A stretch of 64,000 nucleotides of DNA from the human T2T-CHM13v2.0 reference genome, Homo sapiens. Positions within the stretch are counted from its first letter, which is position 1. Each line of letters starts with the position of its first letter. The notes below the pieces were generated by a model. It did no database searches and was not told the DNA's origin. It saw only the letters and a list, made by a program, of their open reading frames with translations. The position numbers and the translations under genes were made by a program. This document shows, piece after piece, positions 1 to 28,784 of this stretch. Location: NCBI RefSeq assembly GCF_009914755.1, contig NC_060930.1. One strand, 5' to 3'.

Positions 1-674
1 AAAGGAATGGCTTGTCCCTGAGGGTACCTGCATGGCTTCACACCAAGTCCCACCCACCTGGCCTCTCAACCCTCAGACCTTTGATGGCACCTCTTCGAGA
101 ATTGTCTTTCCTGGCAGATCCCTGGAATCTACGAAAACAGGGTATGATTGCATTTTCAGCTACTATCTCCACGCCACTTTGTGTGACTTGCTGACCAGCT
201 GGAGGTGCCACGAGAACATGACTCAGGGTAACCGAAATGTACTTTAGTGCCAAAACTACAGGATTCAGTTATAGGATAGTATTTAAACTGCTGCACTAGG
301 AAGTGTCTGCAAACAGATCTGTATAATGTAGTGTGGCAATGTTAACAACTTGGTGGGCTTGTATCCTTTTTAGCTACTAGAAAACTCAGCATAACAAAAT
401 GATACCTGATCACTTCAAATTTTTGTCCAGTAGTCATGAAAGACACAAACGATCCTCCTTCTTTTCCCTATGCCGAGCCCCAATCCTGCGTATTCATTGT
501 GAGATAAGGGGGTCACATTCAAGGGTGCAGTCTCTGGCCTCGAGTTAGGACAAATACACTGGGCCCTCACAGTCTCATTAGCACCTACTACATCCAACCC
601 AACTAATAGACCATAGCCAGAGCTTCAGGGCTGCCAGAGAGGCAATCCAGGGCAGTGGTTAAGAACTACAGCTA

Positions 675-1430
<756 letters not shown>

Positions 1431-1434
1431 CCCT

Positions 1435-1775
1435 TAGTCTCCAGCCAAATTTGGGTCACTTTAGGGATTCCCCACTTATTAACTATAAGAACATGCAAAT
1501 ATGTAAGTCTCTAAGCCTCGGTTTCTTTTCTTTCTTTTTTATAGAGACAAGTTTTCACTATGTTACTCAGACTGACCTTGAACTCCTAGGTTCAAGCGAT
1601 CCTCTGGCTTTGGCCTCCTAAAGTGTTGGGATTACTGGTGTAAGTCACAGCACTCAACCTAGCCTGGGTTTCTTTATCTACATACTGAGGATAATATAGC
1701 CTAACTCAGAGGATGGAGGTAGGAGGATTAAATGTGATAATGTAAAGTACTTAGTACCTGGCACACTGAGTGATT
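1435..1775 (+). mobile_element. MIR interrupted by a minus-strand Alu monomer (~1525-1660)
   Basis: MIR core TCTCTAAGCCTCGGTTTCT ... ATCTACATACTGAGGATAAT ... AAAGTACTTAGTACCTGGCAC. Confidence 0.7.
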
Positions 1776-2431
1776 CCTAGATGAGTGTTACCGGAAAGCT
1801 ATAAATATATAAGCTAGAGTAATAGCGGCCCAGTAAATAATCAGAAATTAGGGAATATATACATCTGTGGGTTGGGAAGAAGGGAAAAGAGGGAAGATGG
1901 CTGTTCTGGGATGAATGCTTTTCTCCAAGGGCAAGGGCAGCGGGAGAGACTGAGGTGAAGAGGCAGCTAGCCAAGGTAATGAATCGTCTGTCCCAAGATC
2001 CTGGAGTTACTTGTTCATCAAACAGTCCCCACCTTCTTTACCATATATCCTGCCTTCTCCAGGGTTCTGCTCCCCTGGATCCTCTAGGATCCCTCAGGGA
2101 GCCTGAGAGAGTCACTCAATTACGGTTCTGTATTTGGAGATCTGGAGATAAATCTTGCGCATCATCAAACCCCACCGTGTCACTTTATCAATGAAGGAAC
2201 GAAGCTCAGAGAGAAAAGCTAACCTGCCCAAGGTAATCAGTTCTGGTCCTGCCTCTGCCTCTAACTTGTGGTGAAACCTTGGGCAAGTCACTTCCCCTCT
2301 CTGAGCTGGAAGTTTTCTCCTCTGTAAAATGAGGGGCTTGGAGTATTTAGAGATCTAATTTCCCTTTCAACTTTGCCCTTTGCTGCAATAAAATAATGGT
2401 TCCTTCTGCCACCGTCAAGTTTAGGGAAAAG

Positions 2432-2532
2432 AGTGTGTGTGTGAGTGTGTGTGTGTGTGTGTGTGTGTCATGGAGTCTTGCTCTGTCACCCGGGCTGGAG
2501 TGCAGTGGCGCAATCTTGACTCACTGCAGCCT
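2432..2532. repeat. (TG)n microsatellite fused to a short minus-strand Alu 3' fragment
   Basis: TG run followed by TGGAGTCTTGCTCTGTCACCC. Confidence 0.9.
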
Positions 2533-3394
2533 CTCTTCCTTCCACTCCACCTGCCCCACATACAAAAGTCAAGACAAACATGTTTGGATAACTTTTGAGC
2601 TCACTTAATTTTAAATTGAGTGCTGGTTTTCACCAGGGGTAAAGACAAGAAGGGAGAGAGGGGCCAGGCAGAGGAAACTGCTGGAGGAAGCTGGTGACTC
2701 CCAGGCGCCAGCTGATGGGACCAGCCCTCCCCCCCGCCCCACCATGATCCCTTCCTTGCAGGGCTTCTAAGAGCTGGCAGCGCCACAGGGATAAATAAGG
2801 CCAACAACCGCACCTTACATGGCCATCCCAGCAGCCGCCCGGAATCCCGAGGATTACGCAGACTTCTGGAGGACTTGGAACAAGTGCACATCACCTGCTG
2901 CCACCACAAGTGTTGCCCGGGCTTCTGCAGCCTCTGTCCTGTGACTGAGGAATTTTTAAATGGAAGCTCTGAGCTCACAAAGAAGAAAATGTCTCCCTGA
3001 TGTCACACAGTTGCTGCCAATTCATCAGCTCCAGCTAAAGGTCAGCGAGGGGGAAGCCACTGCCGGAGGGTCTGGCTGCCCCTCCCTGAGATGGGGCTTC
3101 CCTCCTGCAGGCTTGCTGCCAGCCATCCAGGCCAGCCACAGAAGCTGAGGGCTGCTTGCATTTCCAGGGCACACACAGAGCAGTACGAACACCGCTTAGC
3201 TGCTTCTGCCCTCCTCTGTGCAGATATTAACAGATTCAACCTCCCAGCCCTATCCTCCCCAGCTCTCCCTTCTGTAGACAGTCAGAGCAAACCCTGGAGT
3301 CTTGATCTAACGTGTCCTGAGGGTCCTTCCCTGGGATCACTTCAGGAGTAACACTAAATCACAGAGAGGTTGTCTTGGGTTTTTAATGACGAAA

Positions 3395-3810
3395 TGCAGT
3401 GGTCAAAAGCTAGGAATCCCACTGCCTGGGGTCACAGCCTGGTTCTGCCACTTCCTAGTAGTGTGATATTTGCAAGTTAAGCCTCTCTGAGCCTGCTTCC
3501 TGACCTGAAAAATGAGGACAATAAGAATATTATCTCACATAGTGTGGTCCTGAGGACCCATTGTGAAGCACTGGTATAGATCCTGGCAGGTAGTAAGTGC
3601 TCAATAAATGTCAGCTTGGAATCAGACAAGACAAAAAAATAGAATAAAATAAAAGGAATCAACATGCAACTACTGCTGGGCAAGTCACTTAATCCCTGAG
3701 TCTTAATTTTCTCATCTGTCCAACAGGGATAGGCATATGTGACAGACAGTCACTGAGAGGACTCAATGAGAATGAATACAAGGCCATCAACACAGCACCT
3801 AGCAATGGAA
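3395..3810 (+). mobile_element. Two MIR copies
   Basis: CTGCCACTTCCTAGTAGTGTGA...CAAGTTAAGCCTCTCTGAGCC...TAGTAAGTGCTCAATAAATG and CTGGGCAAGTCACTTAA. Confidence 0.8.
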
Positions 3811-3851
3811 AAATACATGGTGGCTGCTGGGACTATTATCTCTATCTATCA

Positions 3852-5612
<1,761 letters not shown>

Positions 5613-5839
5613 AGGCATTAACATTTTAATGACTAGATCTAGAGGTTTGATATAAATATACCTCCTCCTGTAAACATTTGTTGAGCCTATTCCCAATTGC
5701 CAGGCACGAGGCCAGGCTCTTCCACTGCCTCACAAGCACCCTGGTCCCGTCCTTGAGTCATCAGCTTCCCAGATGCTTCATATGGGAACCTTGGAGAATC
5801 GCGGTGTGCGACTCTCCTCACCCCATTCCTCTCAAATCC

Positions 5840-6010
5840 AGGCAATGACCAAGTGTCCTGAGATTCATCTTCTGTCTCCCATTCACGCTTCACTTCCATT
5901 TCCACAGGGCACCCCCCTCAGCCCTTCCTTGGGTCACTTGTGTCACTGCAATAGCTCATTGACAGAGGCCCCTGCCTCCAGCCTTACCTCCTTCTAATCT
6001 ATCCCCCTTC
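5840..6010. mobile_element. L2 fragment
   Basis: CACTGCAATAGCTC...CCCTGCCTCCAGCCTTACCTCCTTCTAATCTATCC resembles L2 3' region. Confidence 0.55.
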
Positions 6011-7033
6011 ATCACGTTATCCCCCAACTCCAAATCCTTCAAGAGTTTCCCAAGTTTCCTTCAAGATCCTCCGTAATCCTGCCCAGACTCTCCGTGGTGG
6101 GATGTATTTTATAGAGACCTGCCTGATCCTTGACAGGGGTTTCAGTGAGGGAAGGAGGTGAGGGTCCCAGGGTGCCAGCCTGAGCGGAGGGGTGTGGACA
6201 CAGGAGGGCCTGGTGCAATGTGGCTGGGGCGAAAATCTGAATCATAGTCAGTGAGGGCAGCCAAATTCCTATCTGGGAAATCAGGGCAGTCTGAAGGGTG
6301 AGGCCAAGCTGTAAACAGAATGAGTAATGAGGTCAGAAGCTGGTGGGGACCAGAATCACGTCTAGATGCAGTTCAAGGAAACGGAAATGGTACAAGGCTG
6401 AGGCTGTGAATTGAATTATAAGAAGGTATTGAAGTAACCCAAACATGCTGCTCTATGCAGGGATGGGGGTGGGAGGAACAGCCCGAGAAATCTCCCGTTC
6501 CTCTCGCTCCCTAAAAGGGTACCAAATACATGCTCTTTGCTTTTTCATGTGTGTGTAAAGGCCCTGTCTCCCCTGCCACCTACAGTTTCATACCCCTCAT
6601 ATGCCTCCTAGCAATGCCAAGTGATTTGTTCAAAGTTGCATGCAGGCAGATGTGGAAACAGGGCTATATCCCTCCAGCCAACTGGGGATATGCTAGGGCA
6701 GTGAGCTGAAACTCAGGTTCATAGGTTGGCAAATTACATCTCAGATTCTTCATCTGTAAAATGAGGATAATAACAACATACTTCATAATAGTGTTATATT
6801 ACAATAACACCACTATGAGGATTAGCCAAGCAAATATTTCTAAAATACTTAGAACAGTGCTTGGTACCTCGTATATGTTGTATAAGTGTTCGTTAAATAA
6901 AAATAAGGTACTCAGCTGGTAGGTAGGGCCAGTACTGAAAGTCAGTTCTAATTTTAACATTTGAGTCCTTAGCTCTTCCAAAACTAAGGTCAACAGCAGG
7001 CTACGGTGGACTAGGCTGACTACAGGACTTTCA

Positions 7034-7660
<627 letters not shown>

Positions 7661-9993
7661 ATTAATTTTCATTTCAACTTAGAAAAACATGCTGTTGACT
7701 TATTTCACTGGGGCACACAGGAAATACCACTCAAGTTACTACCCTTACCTGTTCTTAGGAAACCACTCAGAAATCCAGAAGGACCAGTTCAAATATACTA
7801 CCTATCCCAAATTTAATAGGCCTCACGAAAAAAAAAAAAAAAAGAAAAAAAAAGCCAGTCTTAGAAAATGACTGTGGGTGTCAAAACCAGCAAGGATTAG
7901 GCAATGGAGTTGAGTCCAGCAAGGTTCAAGGCTACAGCTCGTGTTGGAAAGGGAGCTGTGAGGAGTTAATGCAAAGAGGAGGAAATATTCTATTTATTTT
8001 TCTCAAAACTATTGGAGGTGGTAGTGTTTGGAAAGGGAGGGAGGAGGGGAAAATATGAGTGTATGGTTTGTAAAGTGATAAAATATGGACTCAGTGTATT
8101 GTAATAACTCAGTAGCAATTCAGAGAAGATAGTGCAAAAGTCTGTTTGCTCTAGCCATCTATCAACCAGAAACCTTTATTAACTGAACCTCTCACGCGAC
8201 TACAATATGGCACTAATAGATGTTTGAAAATGATGACCCTGATATGCTGCAAAATCCTAAACAGCTTTCTGAAACAGGAGAAAAAAGATGAAATGAAGCT
8301 TGCTATGGTTTGTGACAAGCGTATTTTATTGTATTCTAATTTTTTCAAAACAAGCAATATTTTTGTCATGTGTAGTATGTGATGATTTATATGCCATCTA
8401 ATAACTTTCTATTCGTCATAATATTAGAACAATACATTACCCGACTGTGGTTGGTATCAGGGTTTAATAAACATTCTTTTTCTCCTAACACGCCACCACC
8501 AGCCCAGTTGCTTGGTTCCATTTTCCCTCCCGTTGTCCTTTATTTAATTTTAGGCCCAAACTTGACCCCAGTGGTCTTCCACTGTTTTTATTCTTCCCTA
8601 AGGAGGGTGTACCTGGCCTCAGGAGCCACTTACCCGGCCTCGCAGAAGTTTCACACTTCTGTTTCACACCCAGGGTGGAGCTTTCTTTCTCATAACAGAA
8701 AATAAGGAGGGACAGCCGCCTGGGTACACTTAAAAAATAAACGCATCTCTGGGGAGGTAAGGTCCTCGGAGAGCCAGGCAGTGACAACTGAGTGGTGTGG
8801 AGCACGTGGATTAAGTAGAACAGAAACAGATCCTGCCAGGACCGCCCCAGGGACGCCAGAGACACAAAGCAGAAACTCTGATTGTGCCCGGAGGGCCCTG
8901 CATCCCTTACCCACGCTGGAGGTTCTCCCGCCTTTTCTAATTACCTTCCCATTTCTTTTGCTCCCCTTCTCAGCCCGAGTGTTCAGGACTCTGCATACCA
9001 CAGAGGTCAGACACAAATAAAATCCATACATGGACTCCATTCTCGGGTCACAGAATTTGGTGAACAACTCAGATTGAAGATGGCTCCCGCTCCCACCTCC
9101 CAACCCCACCACCAAAGCTTTGCTTGTAAACACCAGTCACTTAGTAACACCCTCCATCAGTCGCCTTTGGGCTATTATTCATCACCGACTAACCTTAAAC
9201 CAACTTCATCTTCACAGGGCTCCCCCTAGAAGAGAGGAAATTCCACAGCTCTGATGTGATGTGAAACGTGATCTGACCGCCCCAGCACTCTTTCTTTCTC
9301 ACTCTCCCCAGCCAGTTCTCAAACTGGGTTTCCCTGGCCCCTCTCGGGGAGGCCTTCTCCCGCCCCCCTCTCCACCCCCTACTTCTTTCCCTCTCCATTT
9401 TCCACGCTGTAACCTGATAGGCTGGAAATGCAGCTTCTTTCATCTTATATTTCCCACATCCTGAAAGTTTGGAGAGAAGGAGCCCACCCAGATGAAGGAA
9501 TTCCAAGTATGTGCAGCCCCCTCCTCCTTTAACTCCATTCACAAAGCAGATTACTAATGGCCCGAGGCTCCAGGGAGGCCCCATCCCCTCCCCACCCCCC
9601 ACCTCCCAGGGAGTTTACTCATTCCACATCCTTACTCCTCGCCGGTACAGAAACCTAAGTCCACATGCCGAGAACCAAAAATTAACTTTTCCCTGGACTC
9701 TGAGCCTAAGAAAAGCTTTCAAACCTCACTCTGATTGGGACTGCAGTGGCCAGGAGATTCTGCTTACCAATCATTTGTCCCCTCTTTAGCATTTTTAGAT
9801 AAAAGGGTTCAGGGAATATGAGTCATTGGATCAAGGGGAAAGGATATAACTGTAAATGCGATGCATGTCAAGGAGGCATGCTCAGGTCTTTAGGAAAGAT
9901 CACAGGGCGTTCTAACTCAGAGTCATTTCAGCAGAAATTGTTTCAAGACCAGAGTAAGAGATACTTCAAGATAGGCAGAGAATGTGTGGGGGA

Positions 9994-10355
<362 letters not shown>

Positions 10356-11194
10356 TCACTACCTGGAAATTAGTGATCACGAAACGTGCCCCTGGGTCAG
10401 TTCTTTGGTCCTCCTGTCTTGAGTTCTGTCACTGACAGGGAAACAGGACAGGGACAGCTTCTTTGACTCAACCTCAACCTCTTCCTCAAAGGTTAGGAAG
10501 TACCCCCCCAAGCATCCTTTTTCATTAAGGATGCTTAACTATCTTATCTATCCTTCAAGGAGGGTGAGAAAGCAAAGCAGTTTTGAATCTGTACCCGCCT
10601 GGGATAATCAGTTCCCTGAGCTTACAAGCTTTGTGTGACATGGAATTTCCTGTATCAAGGAGTTCACTCCTGTCCCAATATTAGGAAGTACATTTAATAG
10701 ATGTCTACCCATGTTGTCTTTGCAACTCAGGATAGAGTTGCAAAACTTGCTCAATGCAATAGCATTTAACAACAACAACAATATATATATATATGATAAA
10801 TCTGGGCATATGTTAGTGCATAGGGTTATGCATTCAATAGGTCTAATGATTGCCAAAGAACTCTCATAGAATTCAAGAGACCAGACCTGGAAGATGCAGT
10901 AACAGTGATAAGAAATAACAGACTGTGGCAGAACAGCCACATTGCAACTCCTTGGACCATTCCCAAGGTGCTGAGAAGAAATCTGTACTGCAGCTCAGCC
11001 CCAGGTTTGCAATCTTTATGTTTAAAGTGCCGCCTGCTCATGACATCCAACTGGTAATAGGCTCCTACCAAGGCTCAGCATCCTTAGGAGATAGCAGCAC
11101 AAAATGATAGAATCAATGCCTGCAACAACAGAGCAAGTATTCATCTCTCTAGGCCTCAGTTTCTTATCTGTAAAATACTAAGGCTACCCCAACC

Positions 11195-11352
11195 CTTGCT
11201 TATCAAAGTGCAATCCCCAGACCAGCAGCAATGCATCAGCGGCTAACTTGGGAGATAACTAGAAATGCAGACTCTCAATCCCCACTCTAACCTGTTGCAT
11301 TTTCACAAGCTCCCAGGTGATTCCTGTGTACATTACAATTTAAGATGCCTTG
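11195..11352. mobile_element. MER5-type hAT DNA transposon
   Basis: TCAAAGTG...CCAGACCAGCAGCA...AGAAATGCAGACTCTC...TTTCACAAGCTCCCAGGTGATTC. Confidence 0.8.
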
Positions 11353-11456
11353 GCCTAGACTCAGGCTCTGCAAAGGTCCTCTACATAGTACTGAAATTGT
11401 CTGATCTCATTAAGTGGCTTCCAAGGAAGTTTTTCTTCTCTGATAAATAGTTTTCC

Positions 11457-11815
<359 letters not shown>

Positions 11816-12312
11816 TCAAATTTTAGTAGGCATAGGACTCATACAAAGACCTTATTTACAATGCAGATTCCTGAACCCCATCAAGAAGCTGACTAGGACC
11901 GTGGTGGGGCCAGAGAATCTGTGTTTCAATCAGTCTCTTCCATGCGGTTCTACAGATTATGGCCCCAGATTACATATTTTTTTCTTAACTTTTCTGTTAT
12001 GTAAAATTTCAAACATGGAAAAAAGAGACAAAATAGTAATATTAAACTATCATGTTTCAATCCCCAGCTTCAACAATTATCAATCAACTCAAGGCCAATT
12101 TTGTTTTCCTCAGATCATATTTTTGAAAAACTCATATCTAGACCCTCCAGACCTTCCAGATTCCCTTCACCTACCTTTAGTGTTCAGCGTGTTCTCACTG
12201 AGGGCAAGAGTTATATCCTATTATCTTAAAATCCCCAGTATCTAACACAGTACCTGGCACATGTGGTACTCAATAAATTTGTCATAAAAATAACAAATTA
12301 AAAATAATTTTA

Positions 12313-12625
<313 letters not shown>

Positions 12626-13487
12626 ACAACTTTAAAGTAAAACATAAATTATCATCTGCCTGGATGGTTTACACTGCAGGTAGATGGCATTAGTTGTGTT
12701 CTGATTTTTCAATTATTTGGCTGTGACTCCTTTTGCAGTTAGGGAAACGAAGGCATTCAAATGCATTGTACCAAGTGAAAGAATTAGAAAAAAGATTCCA
12801 AAAGCCCCAGTTTACACCCCCTTCCTTCCTGGTTTCATCATTTTGTAAAAGATCTTGTGCCTGTGTGTGTGGTAAGAGAGAAGGTAGGAAAATACCTCTG
12901 GGGAATGAGGATATCATCTCAGGGCCTTTGTTTCACTCTTTAACCTAGTAATAAATCTCTTAAAGCTCCCGTGGTATTCAGAATATCCTGTCTATGGCAA
13001 GGTCTTCCCACAGTTGTGAAAGGAATTCAAGTTTACTAAGTGGACAGAGCCCTGATATTCCAAAGGCACAGTCCAGCCCTTTTCACCTATTTGCTAATTA
13101 GAATGGCTAAATCTCAGTCCTGGGTATGCTAAATAATAGGAGGGAGGGTAAGAGAAGGCAGAACCGAAGCTGAGAAAAGAACTCTGCAGTTCCAAAACTC
13201 AGCACAACAATCAAGGGATAAAGTGGTAATTAGGCCTGATTATCATGCAAGGCAGCCCTGGTTAAATTGGAATGTAGCCGGAGAGACGAAAGGCTGGATG
13301 GAGAGTTTGCTATGCTGGAGACATGCTTTGATGTCTGCAGGGAAGGTTGTGTTTCATTCAGCCATCCAACTAACCAAAAAAAAAAAAAAAAAAATTGTTG
13401 CAGAAGCAATATGAAACCTTCCAAAATGCAGCATACGGGAAGCAGAAGCAGAGAGCAAGTGGCTGGGTCTGAGCTCTCCTTCTGAGT

Positions 13488-13515
13488 GAGTGTGTGTGTG
13501 TGTGTGTGTGTGTGT
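13488..13515. repeat. (TG)n microsatellite
   Basis: Read directly. Confidence 0.95.
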
Positions 13516-14252
13516 ACTTAGATGCAGCTTTTCTCAGATTTACTACTCCAGCTTCTTGGATCTGTCAGAAGACAAGAGAGAAGAAAGAGTGCACGCACCA
13601 ACTATTAACTCACTATCCTTGGTTGAGCAAATTCTTATAACAAGGGAGAATGTGTCTAAGCTCGGGGCAGACTTTTTACCTGCTGTGGGGAGGAGGCAAA
13701 AGAAATAAGAGGTAAACTACTCTGTGTGTCCCTGAGAGGCCCAAAACTAAGATAACAGATGCTGATGGAGTCATCTGAGGCTGCCAGCTACCACAGCTTT
13801 TATACCAGCTGATGTAGGAAGAAGAAAATGAGCCAAGAAAGTAGGTTAATCTCCTAGAGAAACACAAAATAGGTAGCAAGTAGCATTTTTACACCTTTCA
13901 CTCTTTAATTGCTTTAGACCCAGAGCTGTGAGGCACAAGGAATTCCTTTGGTGTCCTTACTTTACCTTTCTTACCGTTTTAGTGGTATTCTCTGTTCTAA
14001 CATAATTGTTTTGTATGGGAGCTCACTACTTAGCTAGGGGCATGCCCCAAACCAACCCACAACTTTCAACTTCCATGCAAGAGACTTTTAATGTGACTTG
14101 GTATTGGGAGACAATCAACTTTCTACTAAATCACTGACAGAAAAACAATACCCAGGTGTGTGGTGAGATGTTATTATTTTACTTATTCACAGGGTGCTCA
14201 CCATAGGAAGTAAAATGTACAATCCTGGCTTAGCATTAAGAAAGTTCACAAA

Positions 14253-14915
<663 letters not shown>

Positions 14916-15582
14916 CAAAAATCCTACATGGGAGACTACATGGAATTTCTATTCCTTAAGGATCGCCAAAATAAGACCCACTCATCACTATGTTCTATCA
15001 TCCAGGCACATAGTTTAATTTTATTTTAAAAAGGAATAAAGTAAGTTGTTGATCAGATTATCTTGAAGGAATTAGAAGAGCATTTAATATATGTACAACA
15101 CGTGGCTTCTTGGGTTTATCACAACTTTTTCCTCTCTGCATTTGCAATGAATGGACCATCCACAGAATCTGCTGTCTTTTGCTGTGATTTCTTCTGTTAC
15201 CCCAATTTACTTTTAAGACTGGTGTAAAATAATAATGACGTATATTTGCCATAAAGAGCTTGTACAATAACTACAGATACAAACCTTTTGTAACACCTGT
15301 CACTACCGATATTGAAACTATACTTCAGAAATTGTATGAGTGAAGAGTGATGCATTCATATAATAGACTGTTTCCCCCCAAAACAGTGCCACTTGATTTA
15401 GGAGAAACTCTAGTTAATCTCTTTTATAAAATTCCCTGAAATTACTCTTGTAACCTGCAGCATGAATTTAGGATAAATAAATTGCACAAGATTGAAAATA
15501 CCCTTTCAGATATTTTGTACACTCTGGAAATAAATTGTGGGGTTTTGTTTTTACTCATCTTTTAAAAAGAAAAAAGATAGAG

Positions 15583-15905
<323 letters not shown>

Positions 15906-16560
15906 TTAGCAGCTGTGTATTTTTTAAACAATAAGAAAATAGCATTCCCCAGAATTTCCAGTAAAACCCATAAGATTTAGGCAGTTCATCCCTAAAGTAT
16001 GTGTGGGATGCTGGGAGCTCCCTGGCTTTTCCAGGCAACCCCACCCCCAAAAAACTCCCCACAAAAAAACAAAAGCAGATGGGCTGCATCTGAACGAATC
16101 AAACTCCCCAGGGGCCAGAGCTCTCTGCTCTAAATGCTAATAGAGTGAGTAATCAGAAACCTACATTTGGTAAATTATTTATCTTATCTCTGGAACTCAG
16201 CAAAGCATCGAAGACAGCAACTTCTGTAGAAAGATGTTGTTGGTCAAGAGCTCCAGCTGGAATTCGTACTTTTACTAGAAAAGGGAAAAGTTCAGAGACC
16301 AGTGTGTCTCATGAAGCAATAATTTTTTTTTTTTTTTAAATGACCAAAAGCAAAGCCAAGGAAAACTGACTTCACAGTTCCATGGAACAGGTCTGGTTCA
16401 TGTTTTGTCTAATGAGCCTTACGTTCCATCCGTATTAGGGTAATGGCAAAACAAACCAATAGACAATATAGATCCCCAAAGAGATGGGAATAGGTTCTGT
16501 AGTCCCCATCTCCACTCTACTTTTCCTTGCAGAGGGCCATAAGAGATACGACTAACCTGG

Positions 16561-17345
<785 letters not shown>

Positions 17346-17542
17346 CTAGAGAATGGGGTGTTTTCACAATCTGGTTTGGTGTCTGTAGAATCTAGGCACC
17401 CACCCTCAGAGAATATAAGGAGATTTGTAGGTTTAAGGTCTTTGACTGGGATATTGACAGAGGAATTAGCCCTACTAATGAATCTTATCACTTTCCCCTA
17501 TTTTACAAAACACTTTAACTTTGTAACTCAATCTATCCATGA

Positions 17543-21058
<3,516 letters not shown>

Positions 21059-22239
21059 CAGCGAAGCTTATTTTAACCAGTCCCACGTTAGTGTTTGCCT
21101 GTCCCAGCTCACTCATTTTGGTTGATCTAGGCTCTAGTCACTCAGCCATTCCCAGAGAAGGTCCTAAATCTCTGAAAACTTTAGTATTGTTTTCAGAGTT
21201 TATTTTGCAGCAAATCATAGGGGCATTAATAGTTTCTGATTTGAATTTTTCCCTGTTCTTACAATTCTAGGTAGAGAAAGGTCTTCTCTAAGCCTAGGGG
21301 ATGTGTGCTTTCTGGGTGGGTTCCAGAGTAAATGCCTTTTTCCTTAAGTGATATAAATAGTCTAGTCACTACTTCCAAGCCCTATTAAGAAGAGGAACAG
21401 AACTGTTTCCTCTAGTGTCCCCTGAGAGCTGATAACTGGATGCCAAGAAGTTGGCCAGATCATGCAGGATAGACAGCTGTCTACATGGTGTAATTTGAGG
21501 GGTTTGAGGAAATCCCCCATCTTAAAATATCTTTCCCAATGGCCCTACACATGCCTGAAATGTATGACTTATGTCTCAGAGTAAGGTGCTGCTGAAATGC
21601 AATTGTTATCCATGAGTAGACTCATATTCAGCCATTATCACTCATTAGCATCCCAGTTTAAATTAATTTATCAGATTAGTTGGCTGAGTAGAGTCCCAAA
21701 GACATGCAGGCACAAGACAATAAGTTTTAATGAGAACGCTGATCCCAAAGGGTCTGAAGTATGGGGTACTGGGCCAGTCAGGTGAAGGGTGGCAAGGATG
21801 GTCAGAACAGTTTGAGGGCAGCTGGGAAGGTCTGGTCAAAACTCCGGAGGGGAGATGTAGAATGTGGGTTGGGGAGGCTCTGAAGACAATCCCAGGATTT
21901 CTCTATTTTGAATATCACCACAGTAAAGACTCTTTAAAAACAAACGAGCAAACAAAAAACCACAACACTCTTTTTCCTTTGGGGTTATTTTATTAGGTTA
22001 TTTCCCCAAAGTGGAATTTCCAGGTTAAAATTAAAGTTTTGATTGCACAACGTCAAAATGCTACAGAGCCACTGATCCTGTGTAAGTATAGTTGGGTTGA
22101 AATGTCTTTGTATAATTAGAATAATCATCTTTGTAGAAGGCCACTCATTCTTTCATTCAACCAAAAGCTGTTGAACTTATAGTAAATGCCAGGTGCCATA
22201 TTAGGATCTGGGGCTACAAAGACAAAATCAATACTCTCT

Positions 22240-23915
<1,676 letters not shown>

Positions 23916-24333
23916 GGCTCTGACATTCTTATTTTGATTTATATTATCCTGGAGTCTTCAATTTTTTTTGCCTTGAAAACTATTGCCATTTTGTATGGTC
24001 TTTTAAAAAGTCACCATAGTACTATATGTGTGTTGAATTGATTCAAATATTACAGTAAAATTTCACAGTAATCCCATCTCCCAGAGAGGACCAATATAAG
24101 TAATTTAGTTAATTATCGTTTTTAAATCACCCCGTACTGAGTGCCTATGATATAATTGCCAATTATTGAGCTATATCTAGGAGAGAGCTGTTATTAGCCT
24201 CAAATTACAATGAGGAAACTGAGTCTTTAGAATTTAAAATTACACAACTCCTAAGTGGCCAAGTCAGGATTGAAACCCACCTCTGTCTGACTCCAAAACC
24301 GGTACTCATGTTGAGCATGAAAGAGTCATTTCT

Positions 24334-26790
<2,457 letters not shown>

Positions 26791-27007
26791 TAAAGTAAAC
26801 CTAAAAGTATTAATCATCATATGAAAAGAGTAGGATAATGGGATGTTGGTTTTCTGCCGAGCCATATTCACTCCTGTGGTTCAGTTTTAGAAATATTTAT
26901 TAATATCCACTGTGTTCAAGTCTTGATGCTAGGGAAACAAAAACTGCAAGGACACAGGCTCTGCCTTCCAGGAGTTCACAGACTCTCTGGAGAGCCATGA
27001 GACAGAC

Positions 27008-27190
27008 CATGGGTTCTGAAACCCCAAGGTACACTGGAGTCGCCTGGAGTGCTTATCAAAACACAGATCGCTGGGCTCCACCCCCGGAGTTTCTGATTCA
27101 GTGGGCAGGCAGTGGGCCCGATAATTTGCATTTCTGACAAGTTTCCAGGTGCTGCTGGTCCGAAGACCACACACTTTCAGAACTACCGAA
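27008..27190. mobile_element. MER5A DNA transposon
   Basis: AAAACACAGATCGCTGGGCTCCACCCCCGGAGTTTCTGATTCAGT...AATTTGCATTTCTGACAAGTTTCCAGGTG. Confidence 0.88.
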
Positions 27191-27576
27191 CTAGACATAT
27201 CAAGAGCACGTGTGATGTGTATGATTGAGGTGGCACAGGTGCACAGAGACGAGACCATTTTCTGTTTTCATGCTAAAGCAGTTGAGGAGACAACTGGGAA
27301 AGTCCCTCTGCACCTGAAAATTCCCCAGGAAAAGTTCTAGTTAGCATTTAGACCTTGAACTTGTAAACATATTACAGCAAAAAATATGCATTGCCTATGC
27401 CATTAATTTGCCACTTGGTAAATACTACCTTTCGTTACTAATTATATCTCTATAAGAACCTAGGGTAACAATAAAGTCTGAGTTCACTATCCTTGTTCTG
27501 CAAATGCTATGAGAACTTTGGCAAATTACTTCCTGTCTCTGAGATTTGGTTTTGGTCATCTGTAAAATAGAGATTA

Positions 27577-28784
<1,208 letters not shown>

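Noticed and set aside
6100-6480. Possible ancient LTR fragment
   Set aside because: Could not match termini or a family by eye; needs a Dfam search
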